A stretch of 64,000 nt of DNA. It comes from a virus (lineage: Duplodnaviria; Caudoviricetes). A program made the position numbers and the translations under genes. The stretch's first letter is position 1. Each line of letters begins with the position of its first letter. Below, piece after piece: positions 34,737-44,946 of this stretch. The DNA lies in IMG/VR virus record IMGVR_UViG_2932189381_000001, positions 24,038 through 88,037 of that record. One strand, given 5' to 3'. The notes beneath the pieces are model-generated. The model worked only from the letters and a program-made list of their open reading frames with translations, was not told the origin of the DNA and ran no database searches.

Positions 34737-36488
34737 ATGCCTGTCGCCACCGCCGAGCCCGAAGTCCCAGAGAAGGTAGAGCCGTTCACGTTGGGGCCCA
34801 CCTGGAAGAGGGGGCAAGACGGTCGGTTCATTCTTCCCGAGTACACCCTCGGTTGGCACGCTCTTGCTTGGACGTCGACGTACCTGCAGCACTACGCAGG
34901 AAGCCCCTGGCGATACACCCCTGAACAAGCGCGTTTGACCCTTTGGTGGTACGCGATGGACCCGGAGACGAACCGGTTCCTGTGGCGTGACGGTGTGATC
35001 CAACGCTTGAAGGGCTGGGGCAAGGACCCGGTCGTGGCGTCGTGGGGAGCGTTCGAGTTTGTCGGCCCGTGCCGGTTCGGCGAGGTCGCCGACGAGGGCA
35101 ATGAGTGGGGGGTCCCTGCCGGTCAGCCTCTGGGTGTGCAGCATCCGGCGGCGTGGGTGCAGATGGCGGCGGTCAGCCAGGACCAGACCCGCAACACGAT
35201 GACCATTTTCCCGAGCTTGCTGAGTAAGCGGGCGATCGAGGAGTACCGCATCGACCTCGGCAAGGAGATCATCTATGCCGACAAGGGGCGGGCCCGGATC
35301 GAAGCCGTGACGTCGTCACCACGCGCTCTGGAGGGTGGCCGGCCGACGGCCACCTACCCCAACGAGACGCACCACTGGCTGGAGTCGAACCAGGGCCACG
35401 AGATGGACGCCGTGATCGAGCGCAATGCAACGAAGTCGGCGGACGGTCAGTCCCGCACGCTAGCGATCACGAATGCGTTCGAGCCGGGCGAGGACTCGGT
35501 GGCAGAGCGCGCCCGTGACGCCTATGAAGCGATGGAAGCCGGTCGGGTCGCGGACACGGGCCTGTTCTACGACACGCTGGAGGCTCCGCCTGAGGCGAAG
35601 CTGACGGAGGCGTGGATCGAGCCGACGCTCAGGGCGGTACGCGGGGACTCGACGTGGCTGGACATCAGCCGGCTGAAGGCGTCGATTCTGGACCCGCGGA
35701 ACCCTCCGAGCCGCAGTCGGCGCTTCTGGTACAACCAGATCGTCGCTGCTGAGGACGCGTGGATGGCCCGCTACGAGTGGGACGCCTGCAAGCGCGAAGG
35801 CGTGCAGTTGGCCGACAGTGACGAGGTCGTCCTGTTCTTCGACGGCTCCAAGTCCGACGACGCGACAGGGCTGTGCGCCTGCCGTATGTCGGACGGTCTC
35901 GTGACCGCTCTGGGTGTGTGGCAGAAGCCTGCGAACTGGCCAGCGCCGAACACGCCGGGGTTCGTGCCGTACCAGATCCCGCGGGATGAGGTGCACGGCA
36001 TGGTGGAGAATGCGTTCGCCCGGTACCGGGTGCTGGCGTTCTTCGCGGACCCGGGCTCGGGCCAGGGCGATGACGGCGAGATGTACTGGGATTCCTTCAT
36101 CGACCTGTGGGGTCAGACGTGGGGGGCGAAGTTGGCTCTCCGGTCGGTGCTGGCGGGTCCGAAGGCGCATGCGGTGCGTTGGGACATGCGTGACTCGCGG
36201 AATCAGGAGACGTTCACGGAGGCCGTGAAGCGCACCCACGCGGACGTGCTGGAGCGGACGCTCATCCATGACGGGCACAAGGTGCTCCGCACCCACGTGA
36301 TCAACGCGCGCCGCCGGACGAATCGTTGGGGGATCACGATCGGCAAGGAGCACCGTGAGTCCGCCCGAAAGATCGACCTCGCCATCTGCATGGTCGGGGC
36401 GCGGATGCTGCGCCGGATGATCCTCAACTCACCGAAGCGACCCAAGAAGCGCACGCCGGGCAAGGGGAGGGTGGTGGTGCTGCGATGA
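34737..36488 (+). CDS. Terminase large subunit
   Basis: QRLKGWGKDP Walker A, NETHHW Walker B-like motif, FDGSKSDDATG nuclease motif, KIDLA. Confidence 0.95.
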   Translation: MPVATAEPEVPEKVEPFTLGPTWKRGQDGRFILPEYTLGWHALAWTSTYLQHYAGSPWRYTPEQARLTLWWYAMDPETNRFLWRDGVIQRLKGWGKDPVVASWGAFEFVGPCRFGEVADEGNEWGVPAGQPLGVQHPAAWVQMAAVSQDQTRNTMTIFPSLLSKRAIEEYRIDLGKEIIYADKGRARIEAVTSSPRALEGGRPTATYPNETHHWLESNQGHEMDAVIERNATKSADGQSRTLAITNAFEPGEDSVAERARDAYEAMEAGRVADTGLFYDTLEAPPEAKLTEAWIEPTLRAVRGDSTWLDISRLKASILDPRNPPSRSRRFWYNQIVAAEDAWMARYEWDACKREGVQLADSDEVVLFFDGSKSDDATGLCACRMSDGLVTALGVWQKPANWPAPNTPGFVPYQIPRDEVHGMVENAFARYRVLAFFADPGSGQGDDGEMYWDSFIDLWGQTWGAKLALRSVLAGPKAHAVRWDMRDSRNQETFTEAVKRTHADVLERTLIHDGHKVLRTHVINARRRTNRWGITIGKEHRESARKIDLAICMVGARMLRRMILNSPKRPKKRTPGKGRVVVLR

Positions 36489-37951
36489 CCCTGTCCATCC
36501 CTGAGCTGCCGCTGGTGACGCTGTCGGATGACGAGCTGGCCCTGGTGCAGATGCTGCGGGCGGACATGCTGCGGGACCGGTGGGCGCTCCAACTGCGGGA
36601 CGCCTACTTCAACGGCGAACAGTTGGTCCGCGACCTCGGCATATCGATCCCGCCGCAGCTCAAGGGCTTGCACACGGTCATCGGCTGGCCGCGCGTGGGC
36701 ATCGAAAGCCTGGAGGAGCGCCTCGACCTGGAGGCGTTCCGGTGGGCGGACGGCGCGGACTCTGCGGAGCTGTCGGAGATCGCCGAGGCGAACGACCTCT
36801 TCGACGAGTCGAGCCTCGCCCACTTGGATGCGCTGGTGTACGGCCGGGAGTATCTGGCGGTCGGCTCGGGGGATTGCGATGGGGAGTGCCCACCGCTGAT
36901 CTCTGCCGAGTCGCCGCTGGACATGACCCTCATGTGGGACGCCCGCTTGCGGATGGGTACGGCGGCCCTCCGGGAGTGCGCGGCAGACAGCTACATCGAG
37001 TCCGGTCCCGAGGAGCGGATGCTGGTCCTGTATCTGCCGGATCAGACGGTGATGTGCCTGCCGTCGGAGGGCGGCGGGTGGGAGGTCGTCGACCGCGACA
37101 TGCACAACCTCGGGGTCGTGCCGGTCGTCAGGATGGCGAACCGCCAGCGCACCGCGGACCGGGTCGGAAAGTCGGAGATCACCCCGGAGGTCATGTCCAT
37201 CACGGACGCTGCATGCCGGCGCTTGATGGGCATGGAGGTCGCCGCGGAGTTCTTCGGCGCTCCGCAGCGGTACATCCTCGGCGCCTCCGAGTCGGCGTTC
37301 CAGGACGCGGACGGTACGGCGAAGTCGGCGTGGGAGACGTACATCGGGCGTGTCCTGGCGTTGGAGCGGGACGAGGACGGCCAGGTCCCGTCGGTGGGCC
37401 AGTTCGCGGCTCATGACCCGACCGGCATGACGAAGATCATTGACCTGTATGCGCGGATCATGTCCAGCCAGTTTGGTCTGCCGCCGCACATGCTCGGCTA
37501 CACCACCGACAACCCTGCCTCCGCAGATGCCATCCGGTCCACCGAGGCGAAGCTCGTCAAACGCTCCGAGCGGCGGATCCGCCGCTTCGGCAAGGCCTGG
37601 CAGGACGCTATGCGTCTCGCCCTGTGGGTGCGGGACGGCGAACCTCCGGACAAGACGCGGCGGATCGAGACGGTGTGGCGGAACCCGGCGACACCGACGG
37701 TGGCCGCCCAGGTGGACGCCACGGTCAAGCTAGTCCAGGCCGGTGTCCTGCCTGCCGACTCGGACGTCACGCTGGAGATGGCCGGCTTCACCGAGGCGCA
37801 GCGGCAGAGGATCGCCGTGGATCGGCGCCGCACCGCTGGCCGGGCCGGGAGCAGTGCGCTGATGGATCGCCTCGCCGAGATCGGCGCGGGCGCCGACAGT
37901 GCGAGCACGGAGCCGTCGGAGGCCAGCCTTGGCATCGACGACCTCGGATAG
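36485..37951 (+). CDS. Portal protein (SPP1 gp6-like)
   Basis: YFNGEQ, IGWP, GKSEI, FGAPQRYILG, NPASADAI, WRNPATPT. Confidence 0.93.
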   Translation: MTLSIPELPLVTLSDDELALVQMLRADMLRDRWALQLRDAYFNGEQLVRDLGISIPPQLKGLHTVIGWPRVGIESLEERLDLEAFRWADGADSAELSEIAEANDLFDESSLAHLDALVYGREYLAVGSGDCDGECPPLISAESPLDMTLMWDARLRMGTAALRECAADSYIESGPEERMLVLYLPDQTVMCLPSEGGGWEVVDRDMHNLGVVPVVRMANRQRTADRVGKSEITPEVMSITDAACRRLMGMEVAAEFFGAPQRYILGASESAFQDADGTAKSAWETYIGRVLALERDEDGQVPSVGQFAAHDPTGMTKIIDLYARIMSSQFGLPPHMLGYTTDNPASADAIRSTEAKLVKRSERRIRRFGKAWQDAMRLALWVRDGEPPDKTRRIETVWRNPATPTVAAQVDATVKLVQAGVLPADSDVTLEMAGFTEAQRQRIAVDRRRTAGRAGSSALMDRLAEIGAGADSASTEPSEASLGIDDLG

Positions 37952-38744
37952 CTCGGCTGGTGCAGCACGCTGGCGGGCCGCGCAACTGGGCCTGACCACA
38001 CTGCTGCTGCGTGACCTTCGAGGGTTCCGGCGCCTGATCAGCCCTGGCCGTCTGCAGGCGACGGTGCCGTCGTGGGTCGAGGCGGTGGCCGAGCTGGTGG
38101 GCCGCTACTCGGAGGTGTCCGCGACGCTCGCCGCGGACTTCTACGACGGTGAGCGGGAGGCGGCCGAGGTGCCGGGGACATTTACGGTGCCTCTGGCGGA
38201 TCCGCCGCCGGAGGAGCAGGTCGACGCGTCGCTGCAGTGGGCCACGAAGGACGCGTGGGACCGTGACGCGGAGGCGGCGACGGCCGTGCAGTTGGAGCCG
38301 CTCGACGTCCGTTTGGATGCCGCGTTCGTCAAGGCGGACATGGCGACGCAGAAGCTCGTGGCTGATGTGGGCCGTGAGACGGTGCGGCAGGCGGTCCGGC
38401 AGGATCGGCAGGCTGTGGCGTATGCCCGGGTGGCAGCGCTCGGAGCCTGCTTCTTCTGCAAGCTCATGGCTTCCCGCGGTTCGGTTTATGCCACGGCAGA
38501 GACTGCTGGTCGGGATGCGAATGACCGGTTCTCCGGTGATGCGTCGGTGGTGAAGTTCCACAACAACTGCCACTGCGGGATCCTCCCGGTGTTCCGGGGG
38601 CAGCGGTTTGAGCTGTCGCCGCATGCGGCGGAGTGGGATCGCATCTACCGCGAGTACGCCCAAGGCCATCCGGGAGACCAGCTCCGCCTCTTCCGGCGGG
38701 CACTGGCCGAGCACGATCAGAACCCTCTCCCCGGATCCAACTGA
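37929..38744 (+). CDS. MuF-like/VG15-type minor head protein
   Basis: ACFFCKLMASRG.VY...FHNNCHC; located between portal and scaffold. Confidence 0.8.
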   Translation: MASTTSDSSAGAARWRAAQLGLTTLLLRDLRGFRRLISPGRLQATVPSWVEAVAELVGRYSEVSATLAADFYDGEREAAEVPGTFTVPLADPPPEEQVDASLQWATKDAWDRDAEAATAVQLEPLDVRLDAAFVKADMATQKLVADVGRETVRQAVRQDRQAVAYARVAALGACFFCKLMASRGSVYATAETAGRDANDRFSGDASVVKFHNNCHCGILPVFRGQRFELSPHAAEWDRIYREYAQGHPGDQLRLFRRALAEHDQNPLPGSN

Positions 38745-38806
38745 TCAACGGGCCGCCCTGGTGGCGGCCTTCCTCATTTCGACAGCCCCTGGAGGGCCGA
38801 TTCGTC

Positions 38807-39442
38807 ATGCCCGAAGAGACCGAGACGACCGAGCAGCAGGACACCGGTACCGAGGGAGTCGTCGAGGAGACGGCGACCGAGGAGAACGGCACCGAGCAGC
38901 AGGACGACACCCAGGCGGCGGAGTCCGGCGGCAAGCAGGAGGAGCCGTTCGACCGGAAGAAGTTCGAGGCCGAGCTGCGTAAGAAGAACAGCGAGGCCGC
39001 GAACCTCCGTAAGCGTCTGAAGGAGTTGGAGCCGGCGGCTGCCGAGCTGCAGCGCATCAAGGACGCGGAGAAGTCAGAGTCCGAGCGTCTCAACGACCAG
39101 TTGGAACGCGCTCAGGAGCAGGTGGCCAAGACGCGTCAACGGCTGGTGCGCACACAGGTGCAGGCGCTGGCCATGACCGGGTTCGCGGACCCGGAGGACG
39201 CGGTCGGCGCTCTGGAACTCGACTCGTACATCGACTCTGACGGCGACATCGACGAGGCGGCCATCAAGGCGGACCTCGAAGCGCTCTTGGAGCGCAAGCC
39301 GCACTGGGCGAAATCCCAGCCCCAGGAGGGCCCGCGGCGTCCCGCACCGGATCGCACTCAGGCGTCCGGCGCCAACAAGACAAGGCCCCCCGCCCCGGGC
39401 GACGAATTCGCCGGGTGGCTGACACCGCAGCTCAAGCAGTAG
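38807..39442 (+). CDS. Capsid scaffolding protein
   Basis: Acidic N-terminus, coiled coil, DAEKSE.ER, FADPEDA. Confidence 0.85.
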   Translation: MPEETETTEQQDTGTEGVVEETATEENGTEQQDDTQAAESGGKQEEPFDRKKFEAELRKKNSEAANLRKRLKELEPAAAELQRIKDAEKSESERLNDQLERAQEQVAKTRQRLVRTQVQALAMTGFADPEDAVGALELDSYIDSDGDIDEAAIKADLEALLERKPHWAKSQPQEGPRRPAPDRTQASGANKTRPPAPGDEFAGWLTPQLKQ

Positions 39443-39463
39443 CTGCGGAGAAGGAAGGACCCC

Positions 39464-40417
39464 ATGGCTACGGCCCCGATCAAGCTGTCCGATGTCAACG
39501 CTTCGCTGCTCCCGCGGACCCTCGCGGGACCGATCTTCGAGAAGAGCGTGGAGCAGTCCGCGGTGATGGCGCTGGCGCGCCGTGCGCCGCTGGCGATCGA
39601 CGCCACCACGTCGGTGCCGATCCCGATGGACGTGCCGACCGCGGACTGGGTCGGGCAGGCGGCGCGTAAGCCGCTGTCGTCCGGGAGCGTCGGCGTCAAG
39701 GAGATGACGGCGAAGAAGCTCGCCGTCCTGATCCCGGTCGCCGAGGAGGTCGTCATGACCAACGCGGGCGGCCTGTGGACGCAGCTGCAGACCGACCTGC
39801 CGACCGCGTTCGCGAGGGCGTTCGACCATGCGGCGATCCACGGCAAGACGATGAAGGGCGCGGTCGGCCCCTTCGCCGATTACATGGCGATGACCAGCAA
39901 CGCGGTGGCGCTGGGCACGAAGACGCAGGCGCAGGGCGGCATCTGGGCCGACCTGGTGACCGGCATGGAGCTGGTCATCGACGACGACTGGGACTACACC
40001 GGCACCATCGCGGACCACCGTCTGAAGCCGAAGCTGCTCCTCGCCACGGACACCACGGGCCGGCCGATCCTGGTCGACACCGCCACGCCGGGCACGGACA
40101 TGGCTGCGGCCGGGACGCTGATCGGTGAGCCGCTCGCCTACTCGCGGAGCGTGTCGGGCAAGCAGCGCCGCCAGTCGGCGTCGACGGACACGGGTCTGCG
40201 CGGGATCGGCGGTGACTTCTCCCAGGCGGCGTTCGGCGTGGGCATGGACATCACCGTCAGGATCTCCAAGGAGGCCACCTACGTCGACGAGGACAACAAC
40301 GTGGTGTCCGCGTTCCAGAACAACCTGGTGCTGCTGCTGGCGGAGGCCTACTACGGCTACGTGCAGGGCGACCCGGACGCGTTCGTGAAGTTCACCGGCA
40401 CCCCGAGCGGGTCCTGA
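39464..40417 (+). CDS. Major capsid protein (HK97 fold)
   Basis: WVG..KP, KKLAVLIP..EE, AFD.A..HG, D..GRP, GDFS, FQNN; position in the head module. Confidence 0.93.
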   Translation: MATAPIKLSDVNASLLPRTLAGPIFEKSVEQSAVMALARRAPLAIDATTSVPIPMDVPTADWVGQAARKPLSSGSVGVKEMTAKKLAVLIPVAEEVVMTNAGGLWTQLQTDLPTAFARAFDHAAIHGKTMKGAVGPFADYMAMTSNAVALGTKTQAQGGIWADLVTGMELVIDDDWDYTGTIADHRLKPKLLLATDTTGRPILVDTATPGTDMAAAGTLIGEPLAYSRSVSGKQRRQSASTDTGLRGIGGDFSQAAFGVGMDITVRISKEATYVDEDNNVVSAFQNNLVLLLAEAYYGYVQGDPDAFVKFTGTPSGS

Positions 40418-41445
40418 TGGGGGCGGTCCCGGCTTCCGCGCCGGGCGGGACCGCCAAGCCGCTGTCCATCGTCGCCCGTGTGCATGCGTTCCCACCAGAG
40501 CACAATGCGGGGGCCGAGCACATGCTCGTGTCGATGCTGCGCCCTCTGGTGGAGCGCGGGCACGACGTGTCGGTGTGGCTGTCCCGGTACGGGAAGGCTC
40601 ACAAGGAGTACGAGTACCGGGGCATCAAGGTCATCCCGCTGGAGTCACGCCTGGACTTTCCGGCGGCGGTCCGCAAGGCGGATGTACTGCTGGCGCATCT
40701 GGAGACGGTTCCGTCGACGGCGTCGCTGGCCCGCGGGTATGGGAAGCCGCTGGTGGTGGTGTGCCACAACACGCACCGGCAGACGTTCCGTGACGCTGCT
40801 GCGGGCGGGACTGCGCTGGCGGTCTACAACTCGCAGTGGATGGAGCGGGAGGCGGAACTCTTCTTCGCCGAGTACCCGAAGGCCATCCGGCCCGCGGAGT
40901 CGCTGATCGTGCGGCCTCCGGTGTTCGCCGACGAGTACGCGACGAGGCCCGGTAAGGCCATCACGCTGATCAACTGCAATGAGGCCAAGGGTGGCAAGGT
41001 GCTCGACGCCCTGGCTCGCCGGATGCCAGATCAGCAGTTTCTCGCCGTGAAGGGCGCCTACGGGGAGCAGATCCTTCCCGATCTGCCCAACGTGACGGTG
41101 CTCGACCACGTCAACGGCGAGGACATGCGACAGCAGGTGTACGCCCGCACCCGCGTGCTGCTGATGCCGTCCTCCTACGAGTCGTGGGGCCGGGCCGGCG
41201 TCGAGGCTCTCGCCTCCGGCATCCCCGTCGTGGCACACCCCACCCCGGGGCTGTGCGAGTCGCTGGGCGAGGCGGGCGTGTTCGTCGACCGGAACGACAT
41301 CGACGGCTACGAGGCGGTGCTGCGGAAGCTGCTCACGCCTGCGGAGTACCGGCTGGCGTCGAAGCGGGCAAAGACCAGGAGTGCCGAGCTCGACCCGGCC
41401 GCCGATCTGGCTGCCTGGTGCAGCGCCGTGGAGTCCCTCGGATAG
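40417..41445 (+). CDS. Glycosyltransferase family 4 (GT-B)
   Basis: AGAE, RGHDV.V, KG, LMPSSYESWGRAGVEALASGIPVV (EX7E). Confidence 0.9.
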   Translation: MGAVPASAPGGTAKPLSIVARVHAFPPEHNAGAEHMLVSMLRPLVERGHDVSVWLSRYGKAHKEYEYRGIKVIPLESRLDFPAAVRKADVLLAHLETVPSTASLARGYGKPLVVVCHNTHRQTFRDAAAGGTALAVYNSQWMEREAELFFAEYPKAIRPAESLIVRPPVFADEYATRPGKAITLINCNEAKGGKVLDALARRMPDQQFLAVKGAYGEQILPDLPNVTVLDHVNGEDMRQQVYARTRVLLMPSSYESWGRAGVEALASGIPVVAHPTPGLCESLGEAGVFVDRNDIDGYEAVLRKLLTPAEYRLASKRAKTRSAELDPAADLAAWCSAVESLG

Positions 41446-41454
41446 GAGGCGATC

Positions 41455-41868
41455 GTGGCATTCATCCCTCCGACCGCCGAGCAGCTCGGCCTGTACCTGG
41501 GGCTGGAGGAGATTCAGGGCGCCCGCGCGGATCTGCTGATCCAGACGGCGATCGGCCTGTGCCAGACCGTCGTCAAGCCCCTCCCGGAGGGCGCCGAGGC
41601 GGTGGTCCTGTCCGTCGCCGGCCGGGCCTACGTGAATCCCCAGCAAGTCAGCTACGAGACGATCGGCCCGATGTCGGTGCAGCGTCCGTCCGGCTCGGGC
41701 GGCCTGTACCTGACGAAGGCAGACAAGAGCGCCCTCAAGTCCCTAGCGGGCCGCGGTGGGGCGTTCACGGTGGATCCGACACCGGAGACGGCGGATCCGT
41801 CGCCGACGTGGCCGATCGACGACTTCGCTGTCTTCGCGGACGACTTCGAGGAAGGCTGGGGGTACTGA
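41455..41868 (+). CDS. Head-to-tail adaptor
   Basis: RAYVNP...ETIGP...GLYLT..D...L; position. Confidence 0.75.
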   Translation: MAFIPPTAEQLGLYLGLEEIQGARADLLIQTAIGLCQTVVKPLPEGAEAVVLSVAGRAYVNPQQVSYETIGPMSVQRPSGSGGLYLTKADKSALKSLAGRGGAFTVDPTPETADPSPTWPIDDFAVFADDFEEGWGY

Positions 41869-42239
41869 TGCCGGCCCCGTACCCGTTCGGGGAGACGGTG
41901 CGGATTCTCCGCACCGGGGCTTCGCCGGGTCGGGATCCGCGTGGCCAGCCGCTCCCCGGCGTGGACGAGTCGTTCGACTTGACCGGCTGCGTGGTGACAC
42001 CGCGTGCACAGTCGCCCCAGGTGGGTGGCTCGCAACAGCAGGACCGGGACACGGTCATCGTCGGCTGGACCGTGTACGCGCCGCCCGGCCATCCGCGGAT
42101 GCCGTTGCGGACGACGGATCGGGCCCGTATCCGTGGCGTGGTCTGCGAAATCACGGGTGAGCCGGGCGATTGGGGCCGCAGTCCGTTCACCGGCACCCGC
42201 GGCCCCGTTCAGTTCGCTGCCGACCGGGTGACTGGCTAG
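41868..42239 (+). CDS. Head-to-tail stopper
   Basis: ETV.ILR....D..G...DR..IRG...EITGEP..W.SPFTG. Confidence 0.75.
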   Translation: MPAPYPFGETVRILRTGASPGRDPRGQPLPGVDESFDLTGCVVTPRAQSPQVGGSQQQDRDTVIVGWTVYAPPGHPRMPLRTTDRARIRGVVCEITGEPGDWGRSPFTGTRGPVQFAADRVTG

Positions 42240-42556
42240 CCGCGAGCCTGTTCCACTGCGGCGATCAGCTTCTCCGCAAGGTTGTTGCTCTTCCGGGGGA
42301 TGGACAGGCTGTGCGGGTCCTCATACGGGGGCCTGCCCGCATGCAGGACGCCGCCCTTCTCTCCTGCGGGCACCGAGCCCGGGAGGACGAACTGCACGTA
42401 GCCGTGCACGAGTCGGGTGCCCGGCTTGTAGCGGGTGCCGGCGACATCGGCGGCCCGGATCCGCACGGGTGCCGGCTTCGGCCCGACGGGCGTTTTCGTG
42501 ATGGTGATCCATTCTCCGTCGAAGGTGATGCTGCCGAGTACGCCCTTCACGTCCAT
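42236..42556 (-). CDS. DUF4429-like protein (moron on the opposite strand)
   Basis: MDVKGVLGSITFDGEWITI...GYVQF...DPHSL; AGGGGG RBS. Confidence 0.7.
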   Translation of the reverse strand: MDVKGVLGSITFDGEWITITKTPVGPKPAPVRIRAADVAGTRYKPGTRLVHGYVQFVLPGSVPAGEKGGVLHAGRPPYEDPHSLSIPRKSNNLAEKLIAAVEQARG

Positions 42557-42590
42557 GTCCGCCCCCTGGTAGCGAGTGTGAGGAGGGGCT

Positions 42591-42920
42591 ATGGCAGCAC
42601 GCTTCAAGGCGAAACGCAAAGGGATCGGACGGATGCTGCGAATGCCTGGTATGCAGGCGGAGATGCTGCGCCGTGCCGAAGTCATCAAGGGCGTGGCGAT
42701 CGGCATGTCTCCGGTCGACCCGCACAGTCCTCACCCCGGCCATTACAAGGAGTCGTGGGAGACGGACAGCACCTCGCGCGGCGGCCGGCGCCGTGACCGC
42801 GCGGTCGGCTACGTCCGCAATGTGTCCTACTACGCCCGCTGGGTGGAGTACGGCACCGAGAAGGTTCCCGCCCATCATGTGCTGCTGCGCGCTTCCCAGA
42901 TCGGCGGGCGGAACCAGTGA
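42591..42920 (+). CDS. HK97 gp10-like neck protein
   Basis: SPVD...G.YK.SW...N..YARWVEYGT. Confidence 0.8.
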   Translation: MAARFKAKRKGIGRMLRMPGMQAEMLRRAEVIKGVAIGMSPVDPHSPHPGHYKESWETDSTSRGGRRRDRAVGYVRNVSYYARWVEYGTEKVPAHHVLLRASQIGGRNQ

Positions 42921-43309
42921 CCGCGCTGGTCGATATCGAGCTGGAGCTCATCACCCGCGGTACCGCTCGCTTCCCGCAGGCCGTGGTGCGGGACGAGCTC
43001 GACAACCGGCTCCTCGAGGAACTACCTACGATCCAGATCAACCAACTCCCGGCCGGTGACGATGACGGGCTGCGGCTGGCTCGGATGCTCGTGGACATCG
43101 ACGTGTACGCCGCCTCCCGCGCGGAGGCGATCGTCCTGGCCAGCGACGTGCACGCCTGGGTGACGCGTGAGCTGCGCGGATCGCACAGCAGCACCATGGT
43201 CATCGGCCGCACTGGGGCCATCACCCTGCCCGCCATCAGGCCCTACGAGAACACCGCCCTGCGTCGTGCTGGGGCGACCTACGAACTCTTCTGTCACCCG
43301 GTCTCCTGA
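42917..43309 (+). CDS. Tail terminator
   Basis: Position; VDIDVYA.SR..A..LA motif. Confidence 0.7.
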   Translation: MTALVDIELELITRGTARFPQAVVRDELDNRLLEELPTIQINQLPAGDDDGLRLARMLVDIDVYAASRAEAIVLASDVHAWVTRELRGSHSSTMVIGRTGAITLPAIRPYENTALRRAGATYELFCHPVS

Positions 43310-43382
43310 CCGGCCTTTGGGCCCGCGCCGGACCCCCTTCAACACCCGCCCGTGCGCGGGCTTTCGCATGTCTGGAGACATC

Positions 43383-43970
43383 ATGGTCAACATCACCCGC
43401 GCCGCGGACCTGCTGGAAGTGGGAGCGAACGGCGGCGGTTGGACGGCGCCGGTGGGCACCACGTCGCCGGCCGATCCGGCGGTGCAGCCGCTCACGCCAT
43501 GGCTGCCGCTCGGCGCGATCTCGGACGACGGTCTGGTGCAGGGCTTCGAGGAGGACAGCGAGTCCTTCACCCCGTGGGGGTACACGGCGCCGATCCGCAC
43601 CACCATCACCAGCTCGCTGCGGACGTTCGGGCTGACGGTGTGGGAGACGGGCCGGGACACGGTGCAGTCGCTGCAGTACCGCATCCCGGTCGCGGACCTG
43701 ACCCCGACGGCCGGCCTGACGAGCTTCGCGGAGACCGCGAGCCCGGCTCCGGACCGGCGTGCGTTCTGGTTCGTCGTCCTGGACGGCGATGCCTTCCAGC
43801 GCGGCTTCTACGTGCCCGAGGGAGAGATCACCGAGCGCTCGGACGTGTCCCACAAGCAGGACGAGGTCGCGGGCTACGAGTGGACGATCACCGCCTACCC
43901 CGACCTGTCCGGAAACACGGTCTACCACTTCGACCGACTCCCGGAAACGCCCGCGTACAGCGGGTCCTGA
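43383..43970 (+). CDS. Major tail (tube) protein
   Basis: APVGT..P...LGAISDDG...WET...TITAYPD..GN. Confidence 0.85.
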   Translation: MVNITRAADLLEVGANGGGWTAPVGTTSPADPAVQPLTPWLPLGAISDDGLVQGFEEDSESFTPWGYTAPIRTTITSSLRTFGLTVWETGRDTVQSLQYRIPVADLTPTAGLTSFAETASPAPDRRAFWFVVLDGDAFQRGFYVPEGEITERSDVSHKQDEVAGYEWTITAYPDLSGNTVYHFDRLPETPAYSGS

Positions 43971-44077
43971 AACGGGTGGACGGGCCGTAGGCACCCTGCG
44001 GGGTGTCACCGTTGGCGCGGGCCCGGCCCGTCCACCTCTACCCCCAGCCCGCGCCGCACCAGTGAGGAGCCCGCGCC

Positions 44078-44521
44078 GTGGCCACTACGCGCAACACCAG
44101 CACGAGCAGGAAGCCGCGCACCGCGGCCCGAGCAGCATCCCGCCCCGCCACCACCCGGCGCGAGGAGCCCGACGTCGAGCCGGACACCGACGAGACCGAG
44201 GACACCGAGGTGTCGGCAGCCGACGCGCAGGAGATCGAGGCCGAGGGCCACTACGTCACCGCCGAACTGTGCGGCGAGGAAGTGCGCGTCGTCCCGCCCG
44301 CGGCGTGGCGTGTGTCGTGGCAGCGGATGCTGACCCAGGGCCTCATCTTCGAGTTCGCCGAGAAGATCCTGCACCCCGACGACTACGAGTTCTTCGAGGA
44401 GCTCGACCCGACGGCCGTCGAGTTCCAGGAGTTCGTGGCCGACGCCGGGGAGCGGGCAGGGGAGACCCTGGGAAAGTCCGCGGCACGATCGCGATCTGGC
44501 AGGCCCACCCGGAGGCGGTAG
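44078..44521 (+). CDS. Tail assembly chaperone (G)
   Basis: Between the major tail and tape measure genes; ends ...LGK at a slippery site. Confidence 0.85.
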   Translation: MATTRNTSTSRKPRTAARAASRPATTRREEPDVEPDTDETEDTEVSAADAQEIEAEGHYVTAELCGEEVRVVPPAAWRVSWQRMLTQGLIFEFAEKILHPDDYEFFEELDPTAVEFQEFVADAGERAGETLGKSAARSRSGRPTRRR

Positions 44522-44925
44522 AAGCCGACCTCATCGACCGGCACTACGACATCGCCGACGTGCTGTCGGGCAGGCGGTCGTGGCGGTGGCTGCGCGTCCT
44601 CATCGAGCACCTGCCGCCCGAATCGCACACCATGACCGCCCTCCGCAACGAACTCACACCCGAGCAGTTGTCGGCACAGGCGGACACGGGCGAGCCGGAG
44701 AAGGGCCGCTGGTCACAACAGGAGCAGCTCACCGCCGCCCTGTACGACGCGGTACGTCGCCTGGAATGGGTGCTGATCTGCGTCAACACCGAGAAGAAGA
44801 ACAAGCGGCCTGACCCGCCGGAGCCGCTGCGCCGGCCTGGTGCGGGGCCGCGGAAGAAGAAGGCCAAGCTCACCGAGAAGTCGGCGAACACGCTGCTTCA
44901 GCTGCTTCAAGGGGGCGCCGAGTAG
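44078..44925 (+). CDS. Tail assembly chaperone GT, -1 frameshift product
   Basis: G GGA AAG at 44470-44476 is in frame; the -1 frame stays open to 44925 (VEADL...LIEHLPPES). Confidence 0.82.
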
Positions 44926-44946
44926 GGCGCTGGGAGGAGGCTCCCG

